From Leptospirales bacterium (GTDB lineage Bacteria > Spirochaetota > Leptospiria > Leptospirales > Leptonemataceae), in NCBI GenBank assembly GCA_016788865.1, contig JAEUSB010000009.1:1-64000 (forward strand): a stretch of 64,000 bases of DNA, read 5' to 3'. The position numbers were made by a program, and so were the translations under genes. The notes under the pieces were generated by a model. It worked only from the letters and a program-made list of their open reading frames with translations, was not told where the DNA came from and made no database searches. Below are positions 53,837 to 64,000 of the stretch, piece after piece; the stretch's first letter is position 1; each line of letters starts with the position of its first letter.

Positions 53837-56743
53837 ATGACGAGTATGGCGATTCGCGCAATTTCAATGACAGTCTTAGCGTTCCTCCTGGCCTGCGGGC
53901 AGGGCAAAGAAGGATTCGATCCTTCCCTCTTGCTGGTGGGCGCCAGTGTAGGTGTTTCCCCATCCAATGCTGGCGATGGACAGGCTGCGGCATCGCCGGG
54001 AGCGGCGAGTGGTTCAGATCTTGAGAATTCTGCGAATCCTACGGGGACTAATCCACCATCGGGTAGCCCTGCTTCGAACACGCAGAACCCGGCAAATCCT
54101 CAGATCCCGCCCACAAGTCCTTCGTCATCAGCAGAAGATAGCACACCTCCACGACTCTTGCGCGTTGAATGGCCCGCGGATTGTCAAACTCTTCCCAGTG
54201 GATATTATCGCTGCGATTCCAAACCCACTGGACCAGAGTTCATTTTCGATGAGCCAATCGACTGTAACTCCGCGCCGCAGCTTTCGGGAACCACAATCCT
54301 GAATGGCGGTACAATCAAGGCCTACAGTCTCGACACGTATGATTTTGTGCCGGGCTTCGTTTCCGGACCAAGATCTTATTCTGTAAAAGGCAGAGATCAG
54401 AGCGTCGCAGTGCAGGCGAAATGTACTGGAAATCGAGTCCGGATTTTTCCAGTGACAGAAGAGCATTTGGGCGAGGGTAAATTCACAGCTGGAACATGGA
54501 CCGTAGTTCTGATCGGTGGAATCAAAGATATGGCCGGAAACGTGACACCGGACGGAGACTCCAGATTCACGGGGCCCGTTGGAGACGTTAGAAATCCTGA
54601 GGAGCTGGGCACCCTTTTCAATTTGAATGGGCCAGGCGAAGCACCGAGCGCCTATGTCAGCTCGTTTGCCGTGCGTGGTTTTCCGGGATCAAATTTCCTA
54701 AGAGATTTCTTTGTAATGCCCTATATCGATCAGAAGATTACGAGCAACGGAAAACTGAACATTATGCAGCCCAGTTTCCCTGTGAATTGCGAAAACACAG
54801 AGGAGATGAAGAAATACTTTTCTATTGAAACAATCAATGTGGATGATTTCTTTCAAGGCAAGCCGTTCAAACCGTTTCAAATCACGCAGACAACTTGCTA
54901 TTCCTATTCGGGCTCTTCCTTCCCCTGGGTCGTAGTCGATCCTCCCATGCCACCGGGGTCTCTGATTCGCCTGCGCGTAGATGGAACTCTTAGAAACAAA
55001 CAGGGTACAATGACTATGGGTTCCGGTAAGTATCTTGAACTGACCCAAATCGTATCAGGCGTAGCGCAACCGATCCCGAGATCAACGTACAACCTGCTGT
55101 ACAATTGGCCGGAGAATCTTGGAAAAGTTCCGGAATGCCACAACCTTGAGGTTGAACAAACGGTTACCCACTTCGACTCGAATCCTGCCTCCATGAATGC
55201 ATGCGGAGCTGTAAAGCTTGATACCGAGCCGCTGAATGGGTCTCCCGTGCACTACTTCTACCATGCGGGCGGCAACGTTCGCGCCATTGCCTCTGGTGTT
55301 TGCGCGGACTATACCGGGCCGAAATACCTGGCGGATTATCCGGAAGGTATGTACAATGTTTGTCAGGATCCATTCCCGGGCCCGGGTATTCCTGCGAGCC
55401 TGAGACCGCCGCAAGACTTTCCCTTCCATGCAGATGCGCCGTGCGAGAGTGTTCTGCCGGTGAGTGAAGGCGGCAAGTCCTACATAGATACTGGTGTCGT
55501 TGGAATGTGTATAGAAAACCCGGGCAAGGTTAACGAGTACGTACTCTACTACTTCGACTACGAACAGAAGCAAGCTGCTCGGGCGGCATGCAAAGGACTC
55601 TGGCGCGAGTCAGGTTTCAACTACGGTCGTCGTGGCAACTTGCCAAATGAAACTCCCGGCACGGTAAAAAAAGTTACGACGCTCGTCTGTCCCACTGCAG
55701 ACACCAATGCTGGCGGCGCTACAACCAAACCACCTACCGGTCAAACTTGTGAAGGCAGGTCGATTGAAATCGATACAACGGGTGGCCGCTGGTTTACTAC
55801 ACCGGAGAAAACAATTCCAGTTCCGGGTCAGGCGGGAAAGGTAACAAAGGTCAAGGGCATTCACACATACTGGCAAGACGAACCGCTGTCGATTCGCGTT
55901 AAGAAGAATTGCCAGGCTGGATACTATAAGCTAACATTCAAAGGCATGAACGTGGACGGGCCGCTTCCGGATTTCTACAAAGCGTATGCACTTACCCTTT
56001 CAAACAACGGAGAAGATGCAGGGGGAGTTGTGCTTGGTGCATCGGACACGGTATATGCCTCGTCATCGGTAACCGTTTACTTGAAAGAGGGAGACAGTAC
56101 ATTCGATGTTCGCTGGAAGAACGACGCGTACAAGAAAGGTGTGTACGATGCGAATTTCCATTTGAATGGAGTTACGATGTCTTACTTGCCGGACTATGTT
56201 CCAACACCCAGACTGGCAAAGAACGCGCGCGAGTTCTGCGACATCGATGGTCGGTTCTTCTTTGGGACAAAATCTGCGTGGACACCTTCCGCCAACCAGC
56301 AAATCTCCTACTGTTATCCGAGCCTGCCTTCCGGTAAGTATGAAGTTGCCATAACAGCTCGAAATCACGGAACTCTGCCCGCAGGCTATCAATCCTTTCA
56401 GTTGAATATTGGAGGTGACGGGGTCACTGGATCCATGTCGATTCCTGCCGCTTCCGATGCCTCAAAGACCGGCAAGGTTGTTCTGGATCTCACTCAGGGC
56501 GACAAGCGACTGGACTTGAAATGGACCAATGACGTCTATATTTCAGACGACATTGATTCTGCGATTGAGATTGAGACCATTCGCTTGAGGCGCATTGGGA
56601 ATTCCGAGCGTTCGCAGCTTGCTGCTTTCATGCCTCAGGCGGGGAAGACCAGGAACATCCTGTTTGTCGCGTTGGGGATGTTGATTGTCAGTGCTGCTGG
56701 AATCTTTGCGCTTCGCATATTTAAGAAGCGCGCGCAAAATTGA
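53837..56743 (+). CDS. Large (968 aa) surface lipoprotein with C-terminal TM anchor
   Basis: Lipoprotein-type signal (AFLLACGQG) and a Pro/Ser-rich linker. It ends in a TM helix plus basic tail (NILFVALGMLIVSAAGIFALRIFKKRAQN). Confidence 0.75.
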   Translation: MTSMAIRAISMTVLAFLLACGQGKEGFDPSLLLVGASVGVSPSNAGDGQAAASPGAASGSDLENSANPTGTNPPSGSPASNTQNPANPQIPPTSPSSSAEDSTPPRLLRVEWPADCQTLPSGYYRCDSKPTGPEFIFDEPIDCNSAPQLSGTTILNGGTIKAYSLDTYDFVPGFVSGPRSYSVKGRDQSVAVQAKCTGNRVRIFPVTEEHLGEGKFTAGTWTVVLIGGIKDMAGNVTPDGDSRFTGPVGDVRNPEELGTLFNLNGPGEAPSAYVSSFAVRGFPGSNFLRDFFVMPYIDQKITSNGKLNIMQPSFPVNCENTEEMKKYFSIETINVDDFFQGKPFKPFQITQTTCYSYSGSSFPWVVVDPPMPPGSLIRLRVDGTLRNKQGTMTMGSGKYLELTQIVSGVAQPIPRSTYNLLYNWPENLGKVPECHNLEVEQTVTHFDSNPASMNACGAVKLDTEPLNGSPVHYFYHAGGNVRAIASGVCADYTGPKYLADYPEGMYNVCQDPFPGPGIPASLRPPQDFPFHADAPCESVLPVSEGGKSYIDTGVVGMCIENPGKVNEYVLYYFDYEQKQAARAACKGLWRESGFNYGRRGNLPNETPGTVKKVTTLVCPTADTNAGGATTKPPTGQTCEGRSIEIDTTGGRWFTTPEKTIPVPGQAGKVTKVKGIHTYWQDEPLSIRVKKNCQAGYYKLTFKGMNVDGPLPDFYKAYALTLSNNGEDAGGVVLGASDTVYASSSVTVYLKEGDSTFDVRWKNDAYKKGVYDANFHLNGVTMSYLPDYVPTPRLAKNAREFCDIDGRFFFGTKSAWTPSANQQISYCYPSLPSGKYEVAITARNHGTLPAGYQSFQLNIGGDGVTGSMSIPAASDASKTGKVVLDLTQGDKRLDLKWTNDVYISDDIDSAIEIETIRLRRIGNSERSQLAAFMPQAGKTRNILFVALGMLIVSAAGIFALRIFKKRAQN

Positions 56744-56783
56744 TTCCAGTCTGATATTTTGTGCGCAGGCTAATCGACGCAGG

Positions 56784-57989
56784 CTAATAGAGGGAATACT
56801 CTAGAAGCTTGCACTCGATTGGCCCGTTGTAAAAGATTGTCTTTCGATCTGCACGCAGACCCACTTCCTTTGAAAGCATTGGGGAGCCCGTAAACACAAA
56901 CCCGCGCCAACCCTTGAACTTTTGTTTGTAAAGATCCCCCAGCGATCGATACAATGAAACCAGATCAGATTCATTGCCCAGGCGTTCGCCGTACGGTGGA
57001 TTGCAGAGCACTACGCCGTTCCCGGATTCACGGAGTGGGCCAGCCTCGTTAATATCGCGCAGTTCAAAATGAACAATTCCTTCAAGCCCAAGCCGCGCTG
57101 CTGTGTCCCGCGCAATCTCAACAGCTTCCGGGTCATTGTCAAAACCCACCAGCGGGAATTGTGCCTGGTCGGCACGCGCCCGCTCAAGGCCCACATTGCT
57201 GCATGCAATGGCCTGAGCAACTACCTCATCCCAGATTCTCCGTTTGTGTTGCTTCCACTTCAGAAATCCAAAGCGACTTCGGTCAATCCCGGGTGCAACA
57301 TCGCAGGCCATCCGCGCAGCCTCGAGCACGAGCGTGCCCGAGCCGCACATGGGATCTAGAAAGGTACCCCCGGCATCAAAAGTACTCTTAAAGTTTGCAG
57401 CAAAGAGAAGGGCCGCGGCCAGGTTTTCCTTGAGAGGCGCGCGCGACATCTTCTGTCTGTAGCCGCGCTCATGAAGGGGTGCACCGCTTAGATCAATTGA
57501 GAAGGTTGCCCGATTATTCAGTACGTAGACGTTGAAACGGACTGAAGGGTTTTTTACGTCCACGTCAGGTCGGAGTTTGTACTTGCGCATGAACTGGTCC
57601 GCGATCGCGTCTTTGGTTTTGAGCGCACCAAAGTGCGTGTGGGTAATTGCAGAACCCGACGATGCAAAATCTACGGCGAACGTCTCACTGATGTCCAGAT
57701 GTTGATCGAAAGCAATCTTCTGGACCCCTCGGTAGAGAGCCTCAGGAGACGATGCGTCAAACTGATCCAATACAAGCAAGACGCGCGAGGCAGTGCGCAG
57801 CCAGAGGCAGGCCAGGTAGCCGGCACTCAGATTTCCCTGAAAGGAAACACCGGCTCTCCCTTTTTCAATTCTCGAAATCTCCGCGCTTTCAAAGCGAGCG
57901 GCCAGCGATTCCACTTCCGTGGCGAGAATGGACTCAATCCCCTTTGCGGCGGAAGCAAAATAGCGAAAATCCGTGCCCACGGAGCGCAC
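56784..57989 (-). CDS. THUMP-domain class I SAM-dependent RNA methyltransferase (RlmL/YcbY-like)
   Basis: An N-terminal THUMP-like domain is followed by a methyltransferase domain with SAM motif I (DPMCGSGT) and catalytic motif IV (CNPPYGERLG). Confidence 0.8.
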   Translation of the reverse strand: MRSVGTDFRYFASAAKGIESILATEVESLAARFESAEISRIEKGRAGVSFQGNLSAGYLACLWLRTASRVLLVLDQFDASSPEALYRGVQKIAFDQHLDISETFAVDFASSGSAITHTHFGALKTKDAIADQFMRKYKLRPDVDVKNPSVRFNVYVLNNRATFSIDLSGAPLHERGYRQKMSRAPLKENLAAALLFAANFKSTFDAGGTFLDPMCGSGTLVLEAARMACDVAPGIDRSRFGFLKWKQHKRRIWDEVVAQAIACSNVGLERARADQAQFPLVGFDNDPEAVEIARDTAARLGLEGIVHFELRDINEAGPLRESGNGVVLCNPPYGERLGNESDLVSLYRSLGDLYKQKFKGWRGFVFTGSPMLSKEVGLRADRKTIFYNGPIECKLLEYSLY

Positions 57990-58026
57990 AATTTCTTGAC
58001 GCGGCCTGTTTGTATAGACAAACTTA

Positions 58027-59142
58027 TCAGGTCTTCTTGATTCCGCAAACCTGGTTATAAAGATCTAACTGCTTTTTGCGAACCGTTAGTCGATTTTCGT
58101 TTATCATTTCTCTTACATATGCCTGGATTTCATGCAGGTTTTCTTTGAGAGCAATGTAGATGTTTCTGTCTTCAATTCCAATGTGCGAGACCAGCCACTC
58201 TTTTAAATCTTCAACCAGATGTTGGGCCGCTCGTGGGTCACCGCCTGTTCCCTCCGATTGCCGATTGTTAATCATTTCAATGAAAGCGCGATGCTGCTTT
58301 AAATGTCCTGGAAGCTGTTTGTATCCAAACTTCTCCATTATGCTTTCCTCTGTAGAAAAATGCTCTCTGGTGTATTCGATTGCTCCAGCAACGACCTTGT
58401 TAAATATTTTCTGTCTTTTTGCCGTCCCGACGGTTTTACTTGCAATGTCAAGCTCGACGATCATGCTGATTAGCCACAAATGTTGCAAGTCAATGATAGG
58501 GATATGAACTGCCAGGTTGTGAGTCTGCCAAATACGGATGACATTTGCCAGAATATTTTCGTTTATGATCTCTCCAACTTCTGATTGTCCGGAAATCGCA
58601 TTGTAAAGCGCCGCCTGAGCGCGGTCAATTGTGAGTTCATGTCTAGCGATGAGTTGCCCAAAGTACTTATTCAGATTTGCTCCGCTCTGGACGAGGAAGT
58701 CCTTGTACTGCCTGTCTTCTTTCTGTATGTGCATTGTAAGCCAGTCCATCAGGAAATTTACAAGCGACGCAAGGGAGTTCTTGTTTCCCTCTTTGATGTC
58801 GACCAGGCGGCTGCGCATGAACTCAATGAAATGGTGATGTTGTTCTTTGTGTGAAACGTGTTGTGGGTACTCGAATGCGTTTGTCAGTCGCTCTTCAAGC
58901 GAAAAGTGCTCCGTGGCGAAATCAATAATCTCCAGTAAAAGTCGCTTGATGCGATCCGGGTCCGCGGAAGTTGTATCTGCCTGTGCTTCAAAAGCAAACT
59001 CCTGAATCAGGGCAACCAGCCAGATATGCTGCAGGTCAATGATCGACAGATCAAGGCGAATGGCACCAGTTCCCCAGAGTGAGCGTAGTTGCGCTTCCGT
59101 ATGCTGGCTTATTCCAGTATTCTGCAGTAAATCAGTTTCCAT
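58027..59142 (-). CDS. Tandem hemerythrin-like (HHE cation-binding) domain protein
   Basis: Two repeats carry H...H...E/H ligand patterns (e.g. FSLEERLTNAFEYPQHVSHKEQHHHFIEFM and FSTEESIMEKFGYKQLPGHLKQHRAFIEMI). Confidence 0.7.
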   Translation of the reverse strand: METDLLQNTGISQHTEAQLRSLWGTGAIRLDLSIIDLQHIWLVALIQEFAFEAQADTTSADPDRIKRLLLEIIDFATEHFSLEERLTNAFEYPQHVSHKEQHHHFIEFMRSRLVDIKEGNKNSLASLVNFLMDWLTMHIQKEDRQYKDFLVQSGANLNKYFGQLIARHELTIDRAQAALYNAISGQSEVGEIINENILANVIRIWQTHNLAVHIPIIDLQHLWLISMIVELDIASKTVGTAKRQKIFNKVVAGAIEYTREHFSTEESIMEKFGYKQLPGHLKQHRAFIEMINNRQSEGTGGDPRAAQHLVEDLKEWLVSHIGIEDRNIYIALKENLHEIQAYVREMINENRLTVRKKQLDLYNQVCGIKKT

Positions 59143-59746
59143 TTCGCCTCGTAGCGGTCATGCTTCCCAAAGAAGTTTCAAGCAGGGCCGAGGGGAACGG
59201 GTTTCTGCAGCGTAAATAGCTTTCATGAGCTAGTATTCCTCATCTGGTTTTATTGATGGATGTCAGCGTCTTTTCTCGAGGCAGGGCGCATGCGGCCCGG
59301 CTGGATTTTCTGGCGACGGCGGCCTGGACTTCCTGAGGATTCCAGAAATTGGCATGGGGTCGAGGCCGCAAAAACTCCCCGCGCTAGAAAAAATTGAGAC
59401 GAATGCACCCGTCAGACATAGATACAATGTGGAAGGGAGTCAGGGATTCGCATTTGGCATTTTTGACGATGGCTTTGAACTCCGGGGTTGGCTTGAGCCA
59501 GTTGGCGCGGGCAGGTTTCGGTTTGAGAAATCTGTGGCCGTGGGGCGCAACCTCGTTGGCCCGCGTGCGCTCGTCCACGTCGACGGCCGGGTGTTGATTG
59601 ATTCGGCGCTCCCACCGCTAACCGTTGGTGATGATGTGTTGGGCTTCGGAATTGGACGTGAATCGGGTGGCCTTTGGATTACCGTGCGAATCGCGCAGAT
59701 AGCGCGCCATTACCATGGGATATTGATTGAAGCCGAGTCCAGTCAC

Positions 59747-60163
59747 CTAACCGCCAGATGAATCCTCGCGCATTAGCCATTTGAAAAAGCTGTCCCATTG
59801 CGGGCCCTGGACCTTCCGGAAAATCAGAATGGCCGGGACCACTTGAAGCAGCCCGAACAAAACTCCGGGACCCGGAACCGCGGACGCGAAAGCGGACGCT
59901 CGAATCCATCCTCGACTGCGCAATAGAACGCTGAAGCTAGCGCCGATGATCACATAGAGCGCATGAACCCCGCTATAAATCGAATAGACAATTCCAGGAT
60001 CGAAGTGCGGACTGATAATGTGCGCAGCAAAGGCCGGTGGACGGGTACTAAAATAGAGGATGGCCAGTGCCCAGAGCATCTGCAGCCCGGCGGTTACTAT
60101 CAGGAAGCTCACGTACCTGCGAAAAGCTGGGCGGAGCGCCGACGGATGGACAAGTACACTCAT
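59747..60163 (-). CDS. Hypothetical 4-TM membrane protein
   Basis: 138 aa and hydrophobic. The start is uncertain and overlaps the MORN gene start by ~18 bp. Confidence 0.4.
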   Translation of the reverse strand: MSVLVHPSALRPAFRRYVSFLIVTAGLQMLWALAILYFSTRPPAFAAHIISPHFDPGIVYSIYSGVHALYVIIGASFSVLLRSRGWIRASAFASAVPGPGVLFGLLQVVPAILIFRKVQGPQWDSFFKWLMREDSSGG

Positions 60164-61210
60164 ATCAGGCCGCGCTTGAGTCTCGCCTGCATCATCACAC
60201 TTGCAATGCTTTTATTTAGCGTACCTGCTCTCTCCCAGGAAGGCGGTAGATGCGTTTCCGGTGTCTGTACGCGGGGGAGTGGGACGGCCGTTTGGCCCAA
60301 CGGGGATGTTTACACGGGCGAATTTCAGGATGGCAAACCGTCCGGTCAGGGCACATTCAAATATTCAGACGGCAGGTCGCTGAGCGGGGTTTTTCAAAAC
60401 GGCACGGCTACCGGTCGGTTCCAGGTCAACTACCCCGACGGCGGCATTTATACAGGCGATCTCGTTGATGGGCGCAAACATGGAAAGGGGATTCTAAAAG
60501 GATACCGGGGTACATACACAGGCGAGTTCGTCCGCGATGAAGCACAGGGCGAAGGTCGGTTCGATTTCCCAACCGGAGACGTTTACACCGGTGAATTCAA
60601 GGCAGGATCATTTTACGGCCAGGGCAGCCTGAGGTTTCGCGATGGCCTTCTCTACAAAGGCGAGTTTGTGCAGGGAAACATGACGGGCAAGGGCACGCTG
60701 AAATTTCCCGACGGACGCGTCTATGAAGGCCAGATGGAAAACGGCCAGATGCAGGGGCGCGGCAAGCTCACGTTCACTGACGGATCGGTTTACGAAGGTC
60801 AAATGAAGGCCAATCAAATGGACGGTCAGGGCACACTCACTTTCGGCAACAAAGACAGATATGAAGGCCAGTTCGTCAAAGGTAAGATTGAAGGGACCGG
60901 GAAAATGGAATACAGCGTGGGTACAGTGTATGAGGGCACCTTTCAGAATGGAGTACCGTCTGGTAAAGGTACCCTGGTTGGGCCAGGCGGCATGAAATAC
61001 GAGGGCGACTTTCGCGCAGGCGAAATGGACGGTCAGGGTGAAATCGTCTATCGTAGCGGCGCGCGCTACGTTGGATCGATTAAGAAGGGCAAGAAAGACG
61101 GTCAGGGTGAGTGGACACTGAGCGATGGACGTGTTCTTAAGGGCGAATTTAAGGACGATCGTTTCATCGATCCTGCGGCAGCGGATAAAACCAAACCAGA
61201 CAAGAAGTAA
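60146..61210 (+). CDS. MORN-repeat protein with signal peptide
   Basis: Starts at the internal Met (MDKYTHIRPRLSLACIITLAMLLFSVPALSQ). More than 12 MORN units (YxGEFxxGkxxGxGt) follow. Confidence 0.8.
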   Translation: MDKYTHIRPRLSLACIITLAMLLFSVPALSQEGGRCVSGVCTRGSGTAVWPNGDVYTGEFQDGKPSGQGTFKYSDGRSLSGVFQNGTATGRFQVNYPDGGIYTGDLVDGRKHGKGILKGYRGTYTGEFVRDEAQGEGRFDFPTGDVYTGEFKAGSFYGQGSLRFRDGLLYKGEFVQGNMTGKGTLKFPDGRVYEGQMENGQMQGRGKLTFTDGSVYEGQMKANQMDGQGTLTFGNKDRYEGQFVKGKIEGTGKMEYSVGTVYEGTFQNGVPSGKGTLVGPGGMKYEGDFRAGEMDGQGEIVYRSGARYVGSIKKGKKDGQGEWTLSDGRVLKGEFKDDRFIDPAAADKTKPDKK

Positions 61211-61450
61211 CCTCTGTTCTTAATGTCAGCGCGCTCGCTTGTCATCCGGACAGAGAGCTTCAAGTCAGCCCGGCCCGGGATGGATCGCATGAAAATCTCC
61301 CCCGAACTGGCTTCCTGGCTGCGAGCTTCTACTTAGAACAAAAACGGGCCAAAGCGCTCGACATAAAGGCCTGCGAAGCGCATTCTGCCGGGGGCAAAAC
61401 AGCCTCATTCCCCCGGTTTATGCCCAGGAATGCCTGTTTTTTAGCCGATC

Positions 61451-62965
61451 TTGAACAAGGACATGAAGAAAGACTCACAACGTCGCAGCTCGCTGCGCCT
61501 CCAGATCGGCCTCTTATATACCGTACTGGCCTTCGTTAACATCATTTTCTTTTCGGTGATGATTTTCTCAAACCAGCGCGACCTGTTGATTTTGAATTTT
61601 CGCTATCAGGCTGACAATCTAGTGAAGTCTGTGCAGGAAAAACTGGAAAAATCAAACGTTCCCGTGGCAGACACCCCCGAGTACGAGGACTTTCGCGAAG
61701 CACTTTCAGCCAACGATATTAAAGCGTATGTAATTTTCGATGACAAAGGTAAGATCTGGCACAACGAACCGGACAAGACTCAGAATGGAAGCCAGGTCAG
61801 CGACGATTTGCGCCGGAAGTCAGTGGAACTTTCTGCCGATCTAACGTTATATCGCTCTTCCTATCTAAAGCAGATCAATGAGCAAGACTTCACGGTTTCA
61901 TTTCTGCTTCCGCTGAAAGGGGAAGGGAATCGGACTTTGTTTCTTTCCACCAGTCTGAGTATTCAGTCCATCCGCGATAGCCTGCGAAGCATATACATCC
62001 AGATCGCCGTTGCCGTTGTCTGGGGTGTTGTCTTTCATGTGCTGTTTGCAATCTTTGTTTTCAATTTGATTTTCCGCCGCGTCGAGATTCTCAAGCAAGC
62101 ATCCAACCAGATGGCCGAAGGACACCTCGAAACCCGCGCAGAATGGAAGAAGAAGCGACACGATGAACTGGATGATCTGGGGCAGGCCTTTAACTCAATG
62201 GCATCGTCTATACAGGATAAAGTTCAGACCATTTCGAACCTGAATGAAGAGATTCAAACGGAACTTCGAATTGGCAAGGAAGTTCAGAAGCAGTTTATTC
62301 GCGGAGAAGAAATGCTGCCAAAGTTCCACGGCGAAATCTATTACCGGCCAATGCGCCAGGTGAGTGGTGACATCTACGGACTTTTTCCGTTTGAAAAGGG
62401 ATTCAGTGGATTCTTTTTTGCAGATGCTTCAGGCCATGGGGTTTCTGCGGCATTGATTACTACTATTACCATCCAGAATCTGGAGAATGCGCTCAAGAAA
62501 TTCATGAATCCGAGGAAGATCGTTTTTAGTCTTAACAACAGTCTCGCCGCGCGATTTGAATCCTCCCATTTTGCGACGGGGGTGTTTATCCTGTTTCATC
62601 CTGATGGAAACGTGCTTCTCACGAATGCCGGGCATTTACCGCTCCTGATCTTGCGACCGTCCACCGGGGATGTAATCGAAGCCGGAAAAATGGGACCACC
62701 AATGGGACTGATGGACGATTTTGACTATCCGGTGAAACGGCTCAGCACCCAATCCGGAGATCGAATACTTGTCTACTCGGATGGGTTGATTGAAACAAAC
62801 AATTCAAACAAGGAGCAGTACTCGATCGAGCGCGTACGTGAAAAGTTGGTCGCATACAAAGATCGGCCAGCGTCTGAGTTCATGCGCGACCTGGTTGCTG
62901 AATTTGAAGAATTTGCCGAAGACTATCGAGATGATGTTTCGGCTATATTGCTGGAAGTGCCGTGA
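61451..62965 (+). CDS. PP2C-family serine phosphatase (SpoIIE/RsbU-like) with N-terminal TM and HAMP domain
   Basis: TM helix, a HAMP-like helix pair, then a PP2C/SpoIIE core (VSGDIYGLF...FADASGHGVSAAL...YSDGLIE). Confidence 0.85.
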   Translation: MNKDMKKDSQRRSSLRLQIGLLYTVLAFVNIIFFSVMIFSNQRDLLILNFRYQADNLVKSVQEKLEKSNVPVADTPEYEDFREALSANDIKAYVIFDDKGKIWHNEPDKTQNGSQVSDDLRRKSVELSADLTLYRSSYLKQINEQDFTVSFLLPLKGEGNRTLFLSTSLSIQSIRDSLRSIYIQIAVAVVWGVVFHVLFAIFVFNLIFRRVEILKQASNQMAEGHLETRAEWKKKRHDELDDLGQAFNSMASSIQDKVQTISNLNEEIQTELRIGKEVQKQFIRGEEMLPKFHGEIYYRPMRQVSGDIYGLFPFEKGFSGFFFADASGHGVSAALITTITIQNLENALKKFMNPRKIVFSLNNSLAARFESSHFATGVFILFHPDGNVLLTNAGHLPLLILRPSTGDVIEAGKMGPPMGLMDDFDYPVKRLSTQSGDRILVYSDGLIETNNSNKEQYSIERVREKLVAYKDRPASEFMRDLVAEFEEFAEDYRDDVSAILLEVP

Positions 62966-64000
62966 ATCGCAGTCGGATCATTTTTCCGGTTATTCTGTTT
63001 CTGGTGCTTCTATTTGCGCTCATTACGCAGTCCATTGTTAGCGTCACACTCCTCGAGCTACGAGTTCAGATCGCCAGTGAAAGGATTTTGAATTTTGAGC
63101 TCTCTTCGCGCATGCTCAAGACCCGTTTCCGGCAAATGATTTCAGGAGAAGACAACCTCAAAGCTGAAATCAAAATGAATGTGCTCGAATCAAGCGTGTT
63201 GAACTTTGACAGCTTTGAGCTCGAAGGCAGCGAAAGCATCCTCAACCGCTTCGGCGTGATTGTGATCAACGGTGTGCGCCGTCTAAATTTCAAACCGCCC
63301 ATTCGACTGCAGGAAGACAAGGAATTCATGACCACCCTGCAATACGCTTTCTTTCTGGAACGGAATCGCAGATACGATGCTGCGCATGCCAAATATCGTC
63401 AACTGATTGATGGCTCCGGCGGATCAAGCGATACCATGGGATTTTTGAAGTTGCACGCCGGTTATTGTGGTGCGCTAACCGGAAAGACAGACGAGGCAAT
63501 TGTCGAGCTTGAACAGGTTGTAAAGGAATACGCTGGGACGCACTATGCGGAGACCGCACAATTGATTCTGGATATCCTGCGTGAAAGAAAACAGAAAACA
63601 GACAAACTCGCATCCTCATCACTGTCGGACAGGGAGATGGCAGTTGCGCTCTTTAAGGCCGGGAATTTTGGCGAAGCGCTGAATCGTTTCAAGAAGCTTG
63701 AGTCGCTTAGTCTCGACGAGCAGTACATGCTCTCCCGCTCCAACGAAGAAACGGGTAACATCAAGGATGCAATCGCAGGTTATATTGATATTGTGAATAA
63801 GGGCGGAGGAACGGACCCGGCCGTAAAGTCCAATCGCCGCCTCATGCTGATTGGGAATTTTTACAACGGTGGCAAAGAGGTTAGAGAATTCTCCCAGCAG
63901 ACCGCCGTGAAGTTGAAAGATACGGCAGTTTTGCAAGATGTCCAGGAAGGAAAGGAGTTACAGCTCAAACCGGTTATTGTTGAGAAACTCCTGAATGCAA
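62962..64000 (+). CDS. Partial CDS (runs off the window end): membrane-anchored TPR-like protein
   Basis: GTG start overlapping the PP2C stop (GTGA). A 346-codon open frame runs to the window end with no stop. It has an N-terminal TM helix (IIFPVILFLVLLFALI) and TPR-like helical repeats. Confidence 0.5.
   Translation, partial: MNRSRIIFPVILFLVLLFALITQSIVSVTLLELRVQIASERILNFELSSRMLKTRFRQMISGEDNLKAEIKMNVLESSVLNFDSFELEGSESILNRFGVIVINGVRRLNFKPPIRLQEDKEFMTTLQYAFFLERNRRYDAAHAKYRQLIDGSGGSSDTMGFLKLHAGYCGALTGKTDEAIVELEQVVKEYAGTHYAETAQLILDILRERKQKTDKLASSSLSDREMAVALFKAGNFGEALNRFKKLESLSLDEQYMLSRSNEETGNIKDAIAGYIDIVNKGGGTDPAVKSNRRLMLIGNFYNGGKEVREFSQQTAVKLKDTAVLQDVQEGKELQLKPVIVEKLLNA

Noticed and set aside
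59354-59761. 135-aa plus-strand ORF and the 59384-59615 minus-strand ORFs upstream of the membrane protein gene
   Set aside because: They overlap one another with Arg/Gly-rich translations in an intergenic region and have no recognisable features.
1-64000. CRISPR arrays, insertion sequences or transposases, rRNA genes
   Set aside because: There are no regularly spaced short direct repeats, no transposase or integrase-like ORFs, and no rRNA-like conserved blocks in the window.

Overview
This 64-kb chromosomal window has moderate-to-high GC and is gene-dense. The gene content suggests a Leptospiraceae-type spirochaete: a VKOR-DsbA fusion, a DUF1566 protein, many TPR, ankyrin and MORN proteins, and a HAMP-PP2C phosphatase. 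That taxonomic call is low-confidence inference. The first ~25 kb and last ~24 kb are ordinary housekeeping and envelope genes. Recognisable genes there include a Zn-alcohol dehydrogenase, a polyprenyl diphosphate synthase, an SGNH hydrolase plus MBOAT O-acyltransferase pair, an APC permease, SPFH proteins, amt-glnB, a GT4 glycosyltransferase, a truncated haemoglobin, a YugP peptidase, ribH-nusB, a Lys-Glu-Asp tRNA cluster, a methyl-accepting chemotaxis protein, two PrsW-like proteases (one fused to a cNMP-binding domain), ankyrin and MORN proteins, a tandem hemerythrin, an RlmL-like methyltransferase and a PP2C phosphatase. The standout feature is a co-directional four-gene locus at 26.2-40.0 kb. 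It encodes a ~215-aa secreted protein, a 1081-aa signal-anchored coiled-coil protein translationally coupled to it, a 3127-aa almost entirely alpha-helical giant protein, and a 130-aa helical protein 14 bp downstream. The giant protein carries two Gly/Ala-rich hydrophobic (glycine-zipper-like) segments and a C-terminal colicin-DNase/HNH-like signature. The whole locus is bracketed by two direct copies of a ~160-bp repeat with conserved termini and a variable core. Two shorter members of the same repeat family bracket the amino-acid permease gene at 6.3 and 8.4 kb. None of these genes matches a family I can name, so the locus is a candidate undescribed system, possibly a giant membrane-inserting effector/toxin with a cognate immunity protein. 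Other points of note are an 857-bp non-coding region with a tRNA-like T-arm (tmRNA-like geometry but no G3:U70), a gene interrupted by an in-frame TAG, an adenylate cyclase remnant, and a sigma-54-type promoter in front of amt.
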